A DNA stretch of 64,000 nucleotides from Lama guanicoe (lineage: Eukaryota), in the NCBI GenBank assembly GCA_013239625.1, contig MU053482.1, forward strand, positions 2,269,168-2,333,167, written 5' to 3'. Every line of letters starts with the position of its first letter. The first letter of the stretch is position 1. The notes beneath the pieces were generated by a model. It saw only the letters and a list, made by a program, of their open reading frames with translations, did not search any database and was not told the origin of the DNA. Of this stretch, positions 39,781 to 51,862 are shown piece after piece. Both the position numbers and the translations under genes were made by a program.

Positions 39781-41419
39781 AAAAACTCTACATGGATTCC
39801 AACTATTTATATCTTCTAAAATTACTGAAATTACTGTTCTTTTAGTCTGACAGTTTTTAAAATGACAAAATTTTTCCCTAATCATTCCTGCTCTGCAACC
39901 AATTTTTTAACTTTCAATTTTTAACAGCTTGTGAAAGCTAATTCACAGAAGTCTGATTCATTTCCTTTAATCTATATAATCAAGATGACAATTTTGATAA
40001 TGAGTTTCTTTCATTCCCCAATAACCCAATGAGTTGATGTAATCAGGCAAAATGAATGATCTAATGGCTCGCTCAGTCATGATCTGATGACTGTAATGCT
40101 ACTTTACAAAGCTATAATGATTCTAAAGCTCCCTAAGTCTGCTGAAGAAATAAAAATACCACCTGTCAAACAAAATGATGTATACATTCTCCGGTATGTA
40201 CAGTATAAATCATTGTTTAACTCTGGCATGATACCCACTTTTGCATCCTAGGTTTTTAACCCTTTTTTGCCCCTTCCACATAGAGAAAAAGAATTTACAC
40301 TGCTCTTCACTAGACTTTTTTTTCTCCTCAAAAAATCCCCAGATACAGCATTAATCTCTTTCCTCAGATCTCAGGAATAAAGACGTCCTCCAACTCACCT
40401 ATTCCCCTAAACATAACCTAGATAAATAACTTCTATGCGTTCTCTGTAATGAATTTACCCTTGAGAAGACAGAAATCATGGAAGACTTATACCAACAGTT
40501 TCTTTCTCCACTAATTAAATTACCAGGTGCATTCCTGATGATATGCCCTCCCTCTGTTTACTGTTCTGTAAGTCCCCACCAGTGGCTTTCAGAAGTACCT
40601 GGCTTGGGCTGTGTTTGATCCACAAGGGCCCTGATGACAGGTCATGTTCCATCATTATTCCCATCCAACCCTAAAAAAAGGAAAAAGGATTCTCTCAATC
40701 TGTGGTTTACATTTACAGTACAAACCTTTAAATGATAAAAATACACGTATTTATATACTATATATATTTACAAATATATAATTATATATGCGTATATGTA
40801 TTTTTATAAATACAAAAATAAATGCAAAATTTTATTTTGTGTCATTTCTTCAGGCTTCAGTTTCATTCCAAGCAACTTCTTTTCCATATATTTCTAAGTG
40901 CTCAATTCTGGGAAAATTAGTTATATTTGAATATTCATAACATTCATCAAAGTGTATGTAGGTAGATTTTTTTAAGAAGCCAATTCTTAACTGGCCAAAC
41001 AGTAATCTACTTAAAGTAAAAAGTCAATCAGTAAATTCAACAAATGTCTATTGACTACCTACTGCTTAACAGTCCTTGAATACATAGGGCCAAATAAGGA
41101 ATAGTTTCCACCTTCAAGGAGTTTATAAGCTGTTAGGAGAGAATGAACCATAACTACATATAATATAAATCAGATTGGGATAAGTCCACAATAGTTTAAA
41201 AATAGAGAGAGAAAGCCAAGAAATCAGAGGTTGTACCTGGGAATAGTGGAAAATTTCAAAAAGTTGACTTGACAAAAGATAATGCTTTAACTGAAATCGA
41301 ACTGGAGGTGGGGGGTAGTAATAGAATCCTGGGGAAGAGAGTCAAGTGGGGTGCAGTGTGGATGTAATATCAGGTAAATAAGGGCATACTAGGAGACAAG
41401 GCTGAAGCCTGAAAAGGAT

Positions 41420-41620
41420 AATAATACTAGCTAATATTTATTGAGCATTTACTATGTGCTAAGTACTATTTAAAGTACTTTACATGTATTAACTACCCCA
41501 TGAGGAATGTACTGTTATTCTCATTTTACAGATGACAAAACTGAGGTATAAAACAGTTAAGTAGTCTGCTCATAGCTACACAGACACAGCTAACAGTTAT
41601 GGAGCCAGGATCTTGAAACC
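41420..41620 (-). mobile_element. MIR SINE
   Basis: atttattgagcatttactatgtgc...cattttacagatgacaaaactgagg. Confidence 0.8.
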
Positions 41621-42999
41621 CATAAATAATGAAAGAACAAATTCTATCTCACCCCAAACTACACTCATTATAAGACCAGTTAACAGGTATCTTAACTACC
41701 TCTTCTCCTATTAATTCCTAGGCCATCCTTCATGGCGTAGCTCAAATGCTTCCTTCTCTCCAAAGCCTTTCTAGATCTCTCAGCTAAACAGTACCTACTC
41801 TTCTAACCTTCATAGCACTTTATCATATCAATCTTATGGCAAAAGCATATAAACAAAATCTTAATATTTTGTTCCTAGCATTACAGATTTTATGTGCACC
41901 ATGCCCTCTTTTGCATTCTCCTTTAGTCTGATCCACTTTCTATTCTCCACCACTCCCAGGACAGCACCTGGCACATCAATTCATGCATTCAATAACTATT
42001 TTCAGCCCCTTTTGTGACAGATAAAATGCTAGATGCACCTTAAACTCAGTAAACAAGACAGATATGGTCCCTACCCTCAAGAAGCTCACGGCCTATGGAG
42101 GTTGAGACTATTGGTATTTCCAAGTACAGAGATGATAAAAGTGCCGCTCAAAGAAGTTAAGTAATTTGTTTGCCCAGAATCACACAGCAAAAAGTGGCAG
42201 TCTGAATTCAAACTCAGCTCTCCAGACTGCATATTTGGGACCCTGCACACTAACCACATTGTTCTTAAGGAGGTACTTGATAAACACTTATTGAAGGGAA
42301 AGTTTTAGAAAGCTCTTACAATGAAAAATGAAAAATATCTCAACAATATCTCAATGTCTTTCTGTAAGACGAAAGCAGGAAACAAAAAAAAAAAAAAAAG
42401 AAAGAAAAGGAAAAACAAGAAAAAGCGCAGATGGAGGTTGTAGTAGCATCCTCATACACACCTGGAAGCTCAGCACTTCTAATCAAGCCATCTGCTGAGA
42501 CTAGCTCAGTTTGCGTCCCTTAAAGTGATCCCTCCTGAGCAGCAATGCTTTAATGGTTTCACTTTAATTAGCAGTGAAACCCTGTATCTCCTATCAGATA
42601 ACCAACCAGTGGAATGGAAGGTAACCGTGCAGAGCTCCTTACACGTGGGGCAACTATTCTTGAAAGGTGAACCCCCTACCCAGAGAAGAAGCCTCCATAA
42701 ATGGGTCTGTACTTCTCACCCGAGGGATTAGGAGAGACCTTACAATGCAGGCGCCTCTCTGGCCCTGTGGGCCTCGCGTCCCACCGCCCACAGCCTGCTG
42801 GCCAGACTCCCTTCTCCAAACGCCACCGTGGCAGCCACACCGTTTGGCCCATCCTAGTCATCTTTTCAAACATAAGCGGCTTAAGTGTAGCGATATCCCA
42901 AACCGGCATTAAGAGGTGCCTGGAGGCACGTACGTTATTCCCTACAATTTCTGACCCCAAGAGAAAACCACCTGACTTTACACCAGCTTCACTGCGTTA

Positions 43000-43330
43000 A
43001 GCGGAAGAGACGACTTCTAAGGGCTAGGTCCTGGCCCAGGGATTCCCGCGACAGCGCGGACAAGCGCCCTAGACTCCGGCCCTAGCAACCCGAGAGCCTC
43101 CAGGCCCCTCCCCGCCCCCTGCGCTCCGGCAGATCGCCCAGCAACCCGCGCGCGGGGGCCGGGGCCCGGACGCAGGAGGCGTGCCCAGCCCTGGCGGCGC
43201 GTCCCATCGCCCCGCCCCTCGTCCCCACCCGGCCAATAGCCTGCTGCGCCGGAGCTTGGTGCTCCAGGCCCCGCCCTCCCTTTGCGATGGTGCGCTGAGC
43301 GCATGCGCTTTGAGAGGAAGCCCGGGTGAG
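43000..43330. promoter_or_regulatory. CpG-island promoter of AKIP1, probably bidirectional with DENND2B
   Basis: GC boxes at 43210-43218 and 43269-43277, CCAAT at 43233-43237, NRF1 palindrome GCGCATGCGC at 43299-43308, ETS-like CGGAAG at about 43002; AKIP1 exon 1 donor CGG|GTGAGA (exon end 43325). Confidence 0.8.
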
Positions 43331-43545
43331 AGCCCCCTACCGAGGAGAGGGGGGATGGAAATGGAGAGGGTCCGCGCGCACCCCGTCGCCCTCGACCCAG
43401 CGCCCGGTGGAGAGCGCGTTGGGCGGTGCCGGGGACAGTGGTCGCCGGGGAGGTCGAGGACCTGGCTCCAGCCCCAAGCTGGAGTTGGGTCGCTGCGGCC
43501 CGCTCACCCGCCCATGTTTGTGTGTCTGTGCCTGCGCAGGGAGAC

Positions 43546-43767
43546 ATGGAGAACTGTTTGGCCGCCGCGGCGCTGAACGGGTTGGACCGACGTTCCCTGC
43601 AGCGCTCGGCTAAGCTGGGTCAGGAAGTGCTGGAGCGGGCCAAAAGGAGGGCGGTGGACTGGCATTCGGTGGAACTTCCCAAAGGCAGCGCGGGGGTCAT
43701 TTCCCGGGAGCGGCCCTACCGAGAAAGAGGGCCGGCAGCCGGCACCCAGCGGCTTCTCCCGGGAGAG
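43546..43767 (+). CDS. AKIP1: A-kinase interacting protein 1, coding exon 1 (gene exon 2)
   Basis: Acceptor cag ending at 43539; ATG at 43546; MENCLAAAALNGLDRRSLQRSAKLGQEVLERAKRRAVDWH...LLPGE matches the AKIP1 N-terminus; donor GAG|GTGAGG; 222 nt. Confidence 0.96.
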
Positions 43768-44254
43768 GTGAGGTTCCCTGTGCTGGGGGACCAGCCCATT
43801 CATTGGCTCAGCAGCGGCTTGCTGAGAACCAGGGCACGCCACACAGAAACACCCGAGGGATTTCCTGTCCTTGGCGGAAGCTGTTAAGTGTTGGGACAAT
43901 GAACCGAAAACCCTTTTGAAAACTCTTGACATTTGACAGATTCTTACTGGGTTGCTTTAGGATACCGCTAGATACCGCTAGTGCTCGGCCCTGTGGTTAC
44001 TTTTTAAAACAATTCTTACATGCTGCCGTCTGATATTAGAGGAACGCCAATAAACCTCTTTACCTTTGTCCTGGAAAAACTGCATGTCTATGTATTCCTT
44101 TTATAGTTGGAATTCTTTCTCAGTAAGATCTTTCTTACTGACTTAAACTTGCAGAGGCCTTTCGAAAAGTACAAAGGAAGCTATTGCCAAAATGCCTTCA
44201 TTCTCTAGTAGGGGCTACCAGATCTCACCTGTGACTTGCCGTTTATTCAAATAG

Positions 44255-44335
44255 AGAGAAGAAAGACATCCAACCCTCAGTGCTTCCTTCAGAACAATGG
44301 CAGAATTCATGGACTATACTTCGAGTCAGTGTGGG
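44255..44335 (+). CDS. AKIP1: AKIP1 coding exon 2 (81 nt, phase 0/0)
   Basis: atag|REERHPTLSASFRTMAEFMDYTSSQCG|gtaagt. Confidence 0.93.
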
Positions 44336-46506
44336 GTAAGTTGGTGTAAGCCAAAGCCGTGCCCTTGTCTGTCTGCTGATGGATCACAAAATGGCTTTTC
44401 GTGGAATTTAGGGAGAATCTGGAGACTACCTGTTCACCCTGCCCTGCCTTCATGGGCATATTGTAATCAGCCAAGGATTTAAACCAGGTGACAAGTCCAT
44501 GTAAGAATTCATTCAGCAAATATTGAATGCCTCACTGCAGGTGTTACGAGGACACAGCAATGAACAAGCCAGAAAAGGTCTCTCCCCTCACTATTGTTTT
44601 CAGACTGGGGAAGGAGGGAAGGCGTATTTGCTGAATTCTAGAACAATCAAGTCCAAAATTAGGAGTTTTTTAAACGTTGAGCTGACTAAAGTTGTTTTTG
44701 TTTTGTTTTAATCAGGATAGCACTAAACGAACTGAGCCTCTCTGATTTCAAAGCAAAAACTGAAACAAAATCCCTCCATTAAATCTTAATGTCTGTTTCA
44801 AGTCCCTGGTAATGTAGTTTTTAAGTATGTCCCTTTGGACAGTATGTGGAACAGATGCAATGCCCTCATCAGAGGTAGTGTGGCTTGATGGCAGGTGCAG
44901 CCTCCCAGGAATCAGACCCATGTTTTGCTACTTGCTAGCTGTGGTGCCTTTGGCCACTTAGTCTCTCAGCCTAACCTTCTCCATAGTAAAATGATGATGT
45001 CTCGAGTCCTTTCCAGCCCTTAGAGTCTGTTTCTTTGGTTTCCCCTGACAGGTGAACACTATAAAATTGTCATAAACTGTAACACAAGGGACTTATGTGA
45101 TGAGATTTTTGGTACTGTTCACTGAAATGGGTGAACAAAAGTCTGAAAAATCCTCTTCTCAAAACCATACACTAAGATCATCTTTAAGTACTTTGAGGGG
45201 ATGTTGAAGACAGGCCAGCCAACATTCAAGGAAATCACCTGTACAGAAGGTACTCTCTGTCTTCTAGAGATTAAAACAAACTCGCTGGTCTCCTCCAGAC
45301 TTAACATTTTATGATTTTTATGTAGTTGTAAAGCTGCTGGTCTATATGGCAGAAGGAATACCTTGTTTCTCTCCTGCTTTTCAGTTTCATGATGAATATT
45401 AAGATTCAAAGAGTCTCTAATATTTCTACATCTTTTATAAAACCCTGTGACTCCAAGAATAGGATTCCAACCAACAAGATACGGTTCAGAGAGTATTTTT
45501 ATGTTCTTACTCTGTTAAATTGTTTTAGAAAAAGCCATGTCTTTGGTTCTGCTGTAAAGTGATCAAGATAAACACTTTGGTTCATGGTTCAGTAAGAGGA
45601 ATAATATTTGTCTTTGGTTTGAGGTTGAGCAAATTGGTGTTCTTCGTTTTGGTTTTCAGTTCATGCTTCGGTTCAAGTCTCCATTATGGAATGGAGCCTC
45701 AGAACCCCTTGGCTTTCTAGAGATAGAATTAAGAACAGTGTTCTCTGAGTTTGCTTTTAGAATTTTGAAGCAGCCCCTAAAATACATCATTAAATTCGTG
45801 TCCTGACATGCTTTCCCCAGCTTCTCATTCTTTTGGTCTCTTGCCTTAAACATTGTCTCTACCCTTTGTTCAAAACAAGCAAGCTTATGACGTCCTCACC
45901 ATTAGTCATAATCAAGGGCGAGTCTAAGGTTAACTCCAAGGGAGAGGAAGGAAGTAGACAAGAAAAAAACTGCTTTCTGAGCCTTTGGATTATTCCGCTT
46001 AAATTGGAAACTTCTCCCTCCCCTCCTCTGGGGAGAAGGGCTGCATAGCTGTTGGCTTTATGTTACACTTCCTGTTGTATTTCTAAACCTCAAGGAGATG
46101 CATCTCTTGTCTTCCCTTGTCCTTGTCTGAGACTTAGTAAGCATGGACCTGTTCATCAGAACTTGTCATGAGTGGAGACGAGAGGGCATGTGTATCTGAC
46201 ATAGGTGGGGAGGATGCTGTGAAAATTATTTAACCTGGCAGAGAGCATGGTCCTGCCCAGCTTGAGTTCTTGCCCTACGGAGGCAGCAGATGGCAGCAAA
46301 GTAATGCCAAGTGTGGTTTCCTTCCCTGCAGCCACTTTACATGGGTTAAATTTGTTGTATGACTTAAGAGGCCTCTGAAGAGGGCAGGTAATATACCTTA
46401 GCTCTCTTGCCTCTTAACCCGACTTTGCCCAAAAAACGGGTTTGTTTTTTTTTTTAATTTGACCAGACTATTTGGTAACCCAACATCTTTCACATTACTT
46501 TTCTAG

Positions 46507-46608
46507 AAGTATTACTCATCTGCGCCAGAGGAAGGAGGGGCAATCCACGTCTCTCGTTATCACAGAGGGAAGTCATCGGAGCTGTGCTCGGACGTAGGGA
46601 ACGATCAG
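46507..46608 (+). CDS. AKIP1: AKIP1 coding exon 3 (102 nt)
   Basis: ttctag|KYYSSAPEEGGAIHVSRYHRGKSSELCSDVGNDQ|gtatgt. Confidence 0.93.
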
Positions 46609-47905
46609 GTATGTGCCCTCAGCCTCCCAAGATGGGAGGCCCTAGATTGAGGTGCTCCTGCTGGATTGTACTGTTGGATGCCTGGGTGACTCGGTACTAC
46701 AGCGCTCCACGGTAATGTACCAACTCCCAGCCCTGGAGAACTTACAGCGGTGAACATGAAATAAGAGTTTGTCCAAAATGTAAGATTGACACCACTGTAG
46801 GATCTTCAGTGGAACCTGGAGTCTGGGGCCAAGGGACTCTCAGGCAGGCTTAAAGATAAGCATATCAGATATCCTCTTCTGCATCTAGGGATATGGAAGA
46901 GATTTTTAATAACCACATATTTTACTCCCAGGTGGCGATAACTATCATGTCTTCGTTAATTTAAAAAAGGAATTGTGAGGAGGGGGCCTCTTTGAACAAA
47001 ATACTTTTCCTAAAGATAACAATTATAGGCCTCTCACTAGAAATGGCCTGTCTTTTACCACATGTCACTCTGGAGAAGCCGAAGACTCTACTTGCTGAAC
47101 TGATTCAACGTGAGTCCTTTGTTGTTGTTTTTGAGGAGAGTAGGTCTTATGTTTTTCTTTTCCTTTTTAAACTCCCCTAGTTGTACTCAAAGATAGCAAA
47201 CTTAAGTCCAGAGTCTAATCCACAGTTGGATTGCTGACTTCTCTGGCCTGTGGGTTTGGGGAAAGGATGGGTGAGTGGCCACAGGGAGATAAGCAAGGGC
47301 TGGACACACGCCAGAAGTCCCTGATATTCCCCTGGCCCGGGGTATGAGAAGCAGAACCAGAGCCCGAATCCTGGGCTCCATTTTCTGGTCTGACCCCGAG
47401 GGGTTACGTGCAGGCCAGCGTCATCCGATCCCTGCCATCCCTTCCTGTAAAATGTAAGTTGGTGCTAAGGGAAATTGGCTTTCTCAGTTCAGCCTCTTTC
47501 CCTCTGGCGCTCCCACTCCTGGGAGAAGCACAGAAGAGAATTCTGTTTTCTGAAACCCTTTTGCACTTTAAGTCTTCCCTACAGGCTAGTATCCCCAGGT
47601 TATAGACCAGAAAACCAAGGCTTAGAGAAATTAATCTGTCCTTTTCAGTAAATGGCAGAGATAGCATTCAAACTCAGGTCTGTCTGACTCTAACGGCCAG
47701 GTAAGGATAAAAGGGAATCATGGTAAACATCTAACTAAAAATACTTGACACAATTCACTAAAAACCTTAAGAATTTAGGTGGCAACTTGGAAAAAACTGA
47801 TAGAGCAGTTGTTAGTTCTTAATTAAGTAGGAGAAGATGTCTCTTTACCGTCCAGAAGACAAAGCTCAGGCCCGCCGTCATCAGTGTTTCTCTCTCTCTC
47901 TTCAG

Positions 47906-47977
47906 AGAAAAGACACGTCCCGCGGGGTCGGAGGCATCTACCTGGTGTCGGACTGTGCTCTGGAGGCGCCCCGGCCT
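47906..47977 (+). CDS. AKIP1: AKIP1 coding exon 4 (72 nt)
   Basis: tctctctcttcag|RKDTSRGVGGIYLVSDCALEAPRP|gtgaga. Confidence 0.85.
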
Positions 47978-49327
47978 GTGAGAGCAGAGCGTCTAGGGTC
48001 CTGGGCTTCACCCCCACTGCATCTCTAGGAACCAGTTGACCTGCTTGTTATCAGTTCTTTGTACTGGACTTGTAATATTTTTAAGATGGGATGTTTTTAC
48101 CCTTGGGGAACGGGCACAACATTTTAGTTCAGTGTAAAATAATGTTTTCTTGGTATCCTTCCTTCACTTGAAATTTCAGGGATACTCTCTGTGCCTGAAC
48201 TCATAGTTGCGGTTGGAAAGAATGTGAAGTATTCATATCTCAGTTGCTACAGCTCAGCTGGGCTGGCGCTGCGTCCCGCTGGAATTCCACCATCTGTTCA
48301 AGCAGCAGGAGGGGTGTAAAAAGTGAAAACTGTCGCTGAAATTCTGAAACGTATACATTTGGTTAGATCGGGTTCCAAAACATTTGAAGGGATTTGTTCC
48401 TGTTTTCCACAAATGTTTCTCTGTAAAAACATACAGTGATGAGTTTTTCATTTTTAGGATAAAGTACTCATCAGTTCATGAACCCACGGAATCTTTTGGC
48501 ACTTGGAAGGGCTGGAATTCTGAGGAATGGATCTCCAGGGTGTTGCTGCAGTCGTCTGCTTAGTTTTTGTTTGTATATGATGTGCAGCTAGCCAGGGTTC
48601 AGAATACACTAGAGTTAGCAAATAGGAATACTCTGCTTCTAGGACAAGTTGTTCTGTGGAGATGCCTCCACCGTTTGCTGGGTTTTGGTAATGCTCATCC
48701 TCCTGATGTTCAGGGTGTTGGAATCACAGGCGCCAATCTTGCCCCTTTTCTGCAGCTCTGATACAGCTGCATTTTCTGAAACCCACTTTTGTTTATTCAC
48801 ATAGCTAATGACCAGTAAATAGTGGTGGTGCCACCGTTCACATTCACGTCGTTTACAAGATAATAAACCTCCAATTCTGCAGTCACTGGGCATGAGAGGA
48901 TATAGATAAAGCAGCTTCGGAAAAACTTGGCTTCAAAACTGTTTGCAAGGTGGAAAGGGAGGAAGTTTCATAAAAGTATAAATATTACCTTTTATTTCTC
49001 TTAGTGGAATTTGCTGGCCAGGTGTTTGGTTTTCCCCCATGTGTGGTGTCGATATGACAGCTTCTGCCTTTGGCTCCTACTGAGCGTCGAGTAGGCAGGT
49101 AGTGGTCTCCCAGCTGTGGGGCAGGAGTTTGGCTCTTAATTACAGGCTCTTTTCTGGTTTGTGACTTTGGTCTTTGGCCATTTGAGCTGAGACCTCTCCT
49201 CCGCCTGTATGTCTGCCATAACCCACTTCCTGGCCAGGCGTGAAGTCTGTCCCTGGAGGTTGGCTTGTACTCAGCTCAGCTCTAAATATAAATCTTTTCA
49301 TTAACTCCAGCTTCCAGTGTTTTGCAC

Positions 49328-49810
49328 CAGAGATCTTCTTTGACATATGACCCGATAAACCTATCATAAGTTGAAAATACCATAAATCAAAAATGCGTTT
49401 AGTATACCCAACCTCCCGAACATCAGAGCTTAGCCTAGCCCACTTTAAATATGCTCAGAACACTTACATTAGCCGACAGTTGGACAAAAGCATCTAACAC
49501 AGAGCCTATTTGTAGTAAAGTTTTGAATAGTTCATGTAATTTATTGAATGCCGTACTGAAAGGGAGAACAGAGTGGTTGTCTGGGTACAGAATGGTTATA
49601 AGTGTATGAGTCGTTTGATCTGGTGATCGCGTGGCTGGCTGGGACACCGGGGCCCACTGCTGCTGCCTGAGATCACAAGAGAGTGTCGTACTGCTTATCA
49701 GTAGCCTAGGAAAACTTCAGAATTCAAAGTACGGTTTCTACCAAACTCATGTCACTTTCACACCACTGTAAAATTGAAACCTGTAAGTTGGCCTGTTGGG
49801 GACCATCTAT
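49328..49810 (+). mobile_element. MER6-like TcMar-Tigger DNA transposon fragment in AKIP1 intron
   Basis: cccgataaacctatcataagttgaaaat...cttagcctagcc...tgctcagaacacttacattagcc...ggggaccatct, recalled MER6A consensus. Confidence 0.8.
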
Positions 49811-50379
49811 ATAGGAGAACCAATCCTCCAAGGGAGAGCTTTAGCCAGCCGGCTAACTTGCTGCATGTCAAAGTGGAATCTACTCATAGTGTTCTCAGCT
49901 TCAGGAGAAAAGAAGTGTTTTCATCCTCCTAATAATGAATTTAGCCAAGCACAGTTAAAAAGGATGCTTCTCGTTACTCCACGGTGCCTGGCCATGACTG
50001 CTGACCTGTGCTAACAAGTCCCACTGCCTACTGCTGAGCCCCTAAGTAATGGTCATTAGCCTTTCCCTCTACCTGATTCTTATCTTTCTACCCCAACCAG
50101 AGTGTTCCTTTTATGATCCTTCATGTTCCTATGACACTTTAGCATTTTCACACATACACTTAATTGTGAGTTAGTTTTAGAACTAAGGAAACAAGCATAA
50201 GACAGACTTACCTAAATGGCAGTCCTGTTACGTGGCCACGCCGCACCTTTCTTGAAAGCAGAGCCTCCGTCTCCCATGTTAGTGCCTCACTCCTTCGCAC
50301 GTCTGGCACACAGAGGTAGCCGGGTAGAGGCAATGGGACATAAAATCTCTAAACTGCTAATATCTGCCTTTCCTTTCAG

Positions 50380-50523
50380 GCTGAGAACATCTCTAAGGAC
50401 CTCTACATAGAAGTGTATCCAGGGACCTATTCCGTCACTGTGGGTACAAATGACTTGACTAAGAAGACTCACGTGGTAGCAGTTGACTCAGGACAAAGTG
50501 TGGACTTGGTCTTCCCTGTATGA
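50380..50523 (+). CDS. AKIP1: AKIP1 last coding exon; total protein 206 aa
   Basis: tttcag|AENISKDLYIEVYPGTYSVTVGTNDLTKKTHVVAVDSGQSVDLVFPV-TGA. Confidence 0.96.
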   Translation, partial: AENISKDLYIEVYPGTYSVTVGTNDLTKKTHVVAVDSGQSVDLVFPV

Positions 50524-50791
50524 TGTTGACCATCACAGGCATCTCGTCACCTTTTTTTTAAGTGCCAAGAAGAACAAAGCCACCATATGTTCTCTTAATA
50601 CTTACACATTAATCCTGCTTATAGTGCTGACTGTAGACAGTCAGCCTTCCTGGGAACTAGAGTTTATCTTTTTCAGTGCCTATTTTAACTTCAAAGTCCC
50701 CCATCCTCTTTTACCTGAAAGTAATAATGTAATGATGCTGCATGAATAATTTTTACTGCTTGCTTTACTCCAAGTAAAGGTTAATTATGAT

Positions 50792-50797
50792 AATAAA
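50792..50797 (+). terminator. AKIP1 polyadenylation signal AATAAA
   Basis: First AATAAA downstream of the stop codon (about 270 nt), followed by a U-rich tract at about 50827-50834. Confidence 0.7.
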
Positions 50798-50809
50798 GGG
50801 AGAGATTTG

Positions 50810-51150
50810 GAAATGAAGAGAATTCCTTTTTATTGGCATTGAGTGAAACAAAATGTCACTTGTGTACAACTGAGGCTGTGGACACGTGTGCGCAAAGCAG
50901 GCTGACCATGCTGTGCAGCGTCTGTGGAAGAGGCATCCTCGAGCAGATCTCACCAGGCCCCTGGCAGGGGGCCTTGCCCCTTAGGACAGGCGCCTTCCTG
51001 CTGCTCACGTGCAGGGACATCTTCATGGGGTGAAGATGCTGCTCGCTGGACCACCGTCTGTGGCCTGCACTCTCCCGTTTCCACTGCAGAAGGCCCTGTT
51101 TGCCACTTTGCAACTCTTCCTCAGGTGTTTACCACCACCACTCTAGCTTC
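50810..51150 (-). other. C11orf16: C11orf16 terminal, wholly 3'UTR exon (3' end approximate)
   Basis: Minus-strand acceptor ttttcttctcttacag|G at 51151/51150; matching donor GAG|GTAAAG at 51644. Confidence 0.7.
50829..50834 (-). terminator. C11orf16 polyadenylation signal AATAAA (tttatt on +)
   Basis: At the end of the predicted terminal exon. Confidence 0.7.
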
Positions 51151-51665
51151 CTGTAAGAGAAGAAAACCCTGGGAGGCTTAGGCCGACTAATTCTAAGGAT
51201 CAAAGTCACTGATAGGTCCTAAGTGTCTTTAAGCTACCACTCCAACAGTATTGTTGCATCTCTCAGTTTAGTTGCCTAATGATTCTTCTCATTTGAATGA
51301 CTTTCCTGAGAAAAAAGGCCAGTATTTTAAGTGACGAAAGCAAGTTTTAAGTAGAGCTGCATTATCATCCCCAGTGAGGTACAGAGGGCCTATTAAAGCA
51401 GGCCCATGCCATCACCACAGGGTAGAGAGGTCGCTCAGATGGGGATCCTTGCACCCCCAAGAAGCCAGTGATGAACTTTGTGGGTTCTATAAGTCTTCTG
51501 AAGCTGTGTGCAAAGTTGTGGTCGTATGCATTTTTCTGGGAAGAGGGTCCATGGGTCTTATTCTCAGAAGGGGTGTGACCCCAAAAGGTCAGAGACCCAC
51601 GGAAGGAGTCCTTCAGAAGCCCCTTCCCAGCCGTTCTCTTTACCTCTGTCCTCGGGGCTTTTACT

Positions 51666-51862
51666 CTAAGGGGCGTTCCCGTCACTCTGACATGTCACAG
51701 TGCCTCGACTCAGCTTTTTGTGTTCAGCTCCCTTTGGCCGGATGGAGAGTGGCTTCATGCCAGCCGCTTCCAGGACCAGCTCCTGGGTACTCTCTGCTGC
51801 TGCACTTTTCACTCTGTGTTTATCACCCTTCTCTCCTTTCCGGATATTGCAAAGTCTTGTTC
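51666..51862 (-). CDS. C11orf16: C11orf16 last coding exon; total protein 469 aa
   Basis: gggtttag|(G)TRLCNIRKGEKGDKHR...CQSDGNAP-TAG; summed CDS 167+157+235+654+197 = 1410 nt, in frame. Confidence 0.88.

Larger units (their letters stand above)
1..43200 (-). other. DENND2B: DENND2B (ST5) 5' non-coding/intronic region; no coding exon seen in window
   Basis: Synteny only: in mammals DENND2B lies head-to-head with AKIP1. The region has no credible ORF and has a CpG island with strong minus-strand donors at about 23.3-23.6 kb. Confidence 0.6.

Noticed and set aside
43426-43887. 153-aa ORF as a single-exon or N-terminally extended AKIP1
   Set aside because: The extension lies in intron 1 (acceptor ends at 43539), and the C-terminal part is read-through past the donor at 43768.
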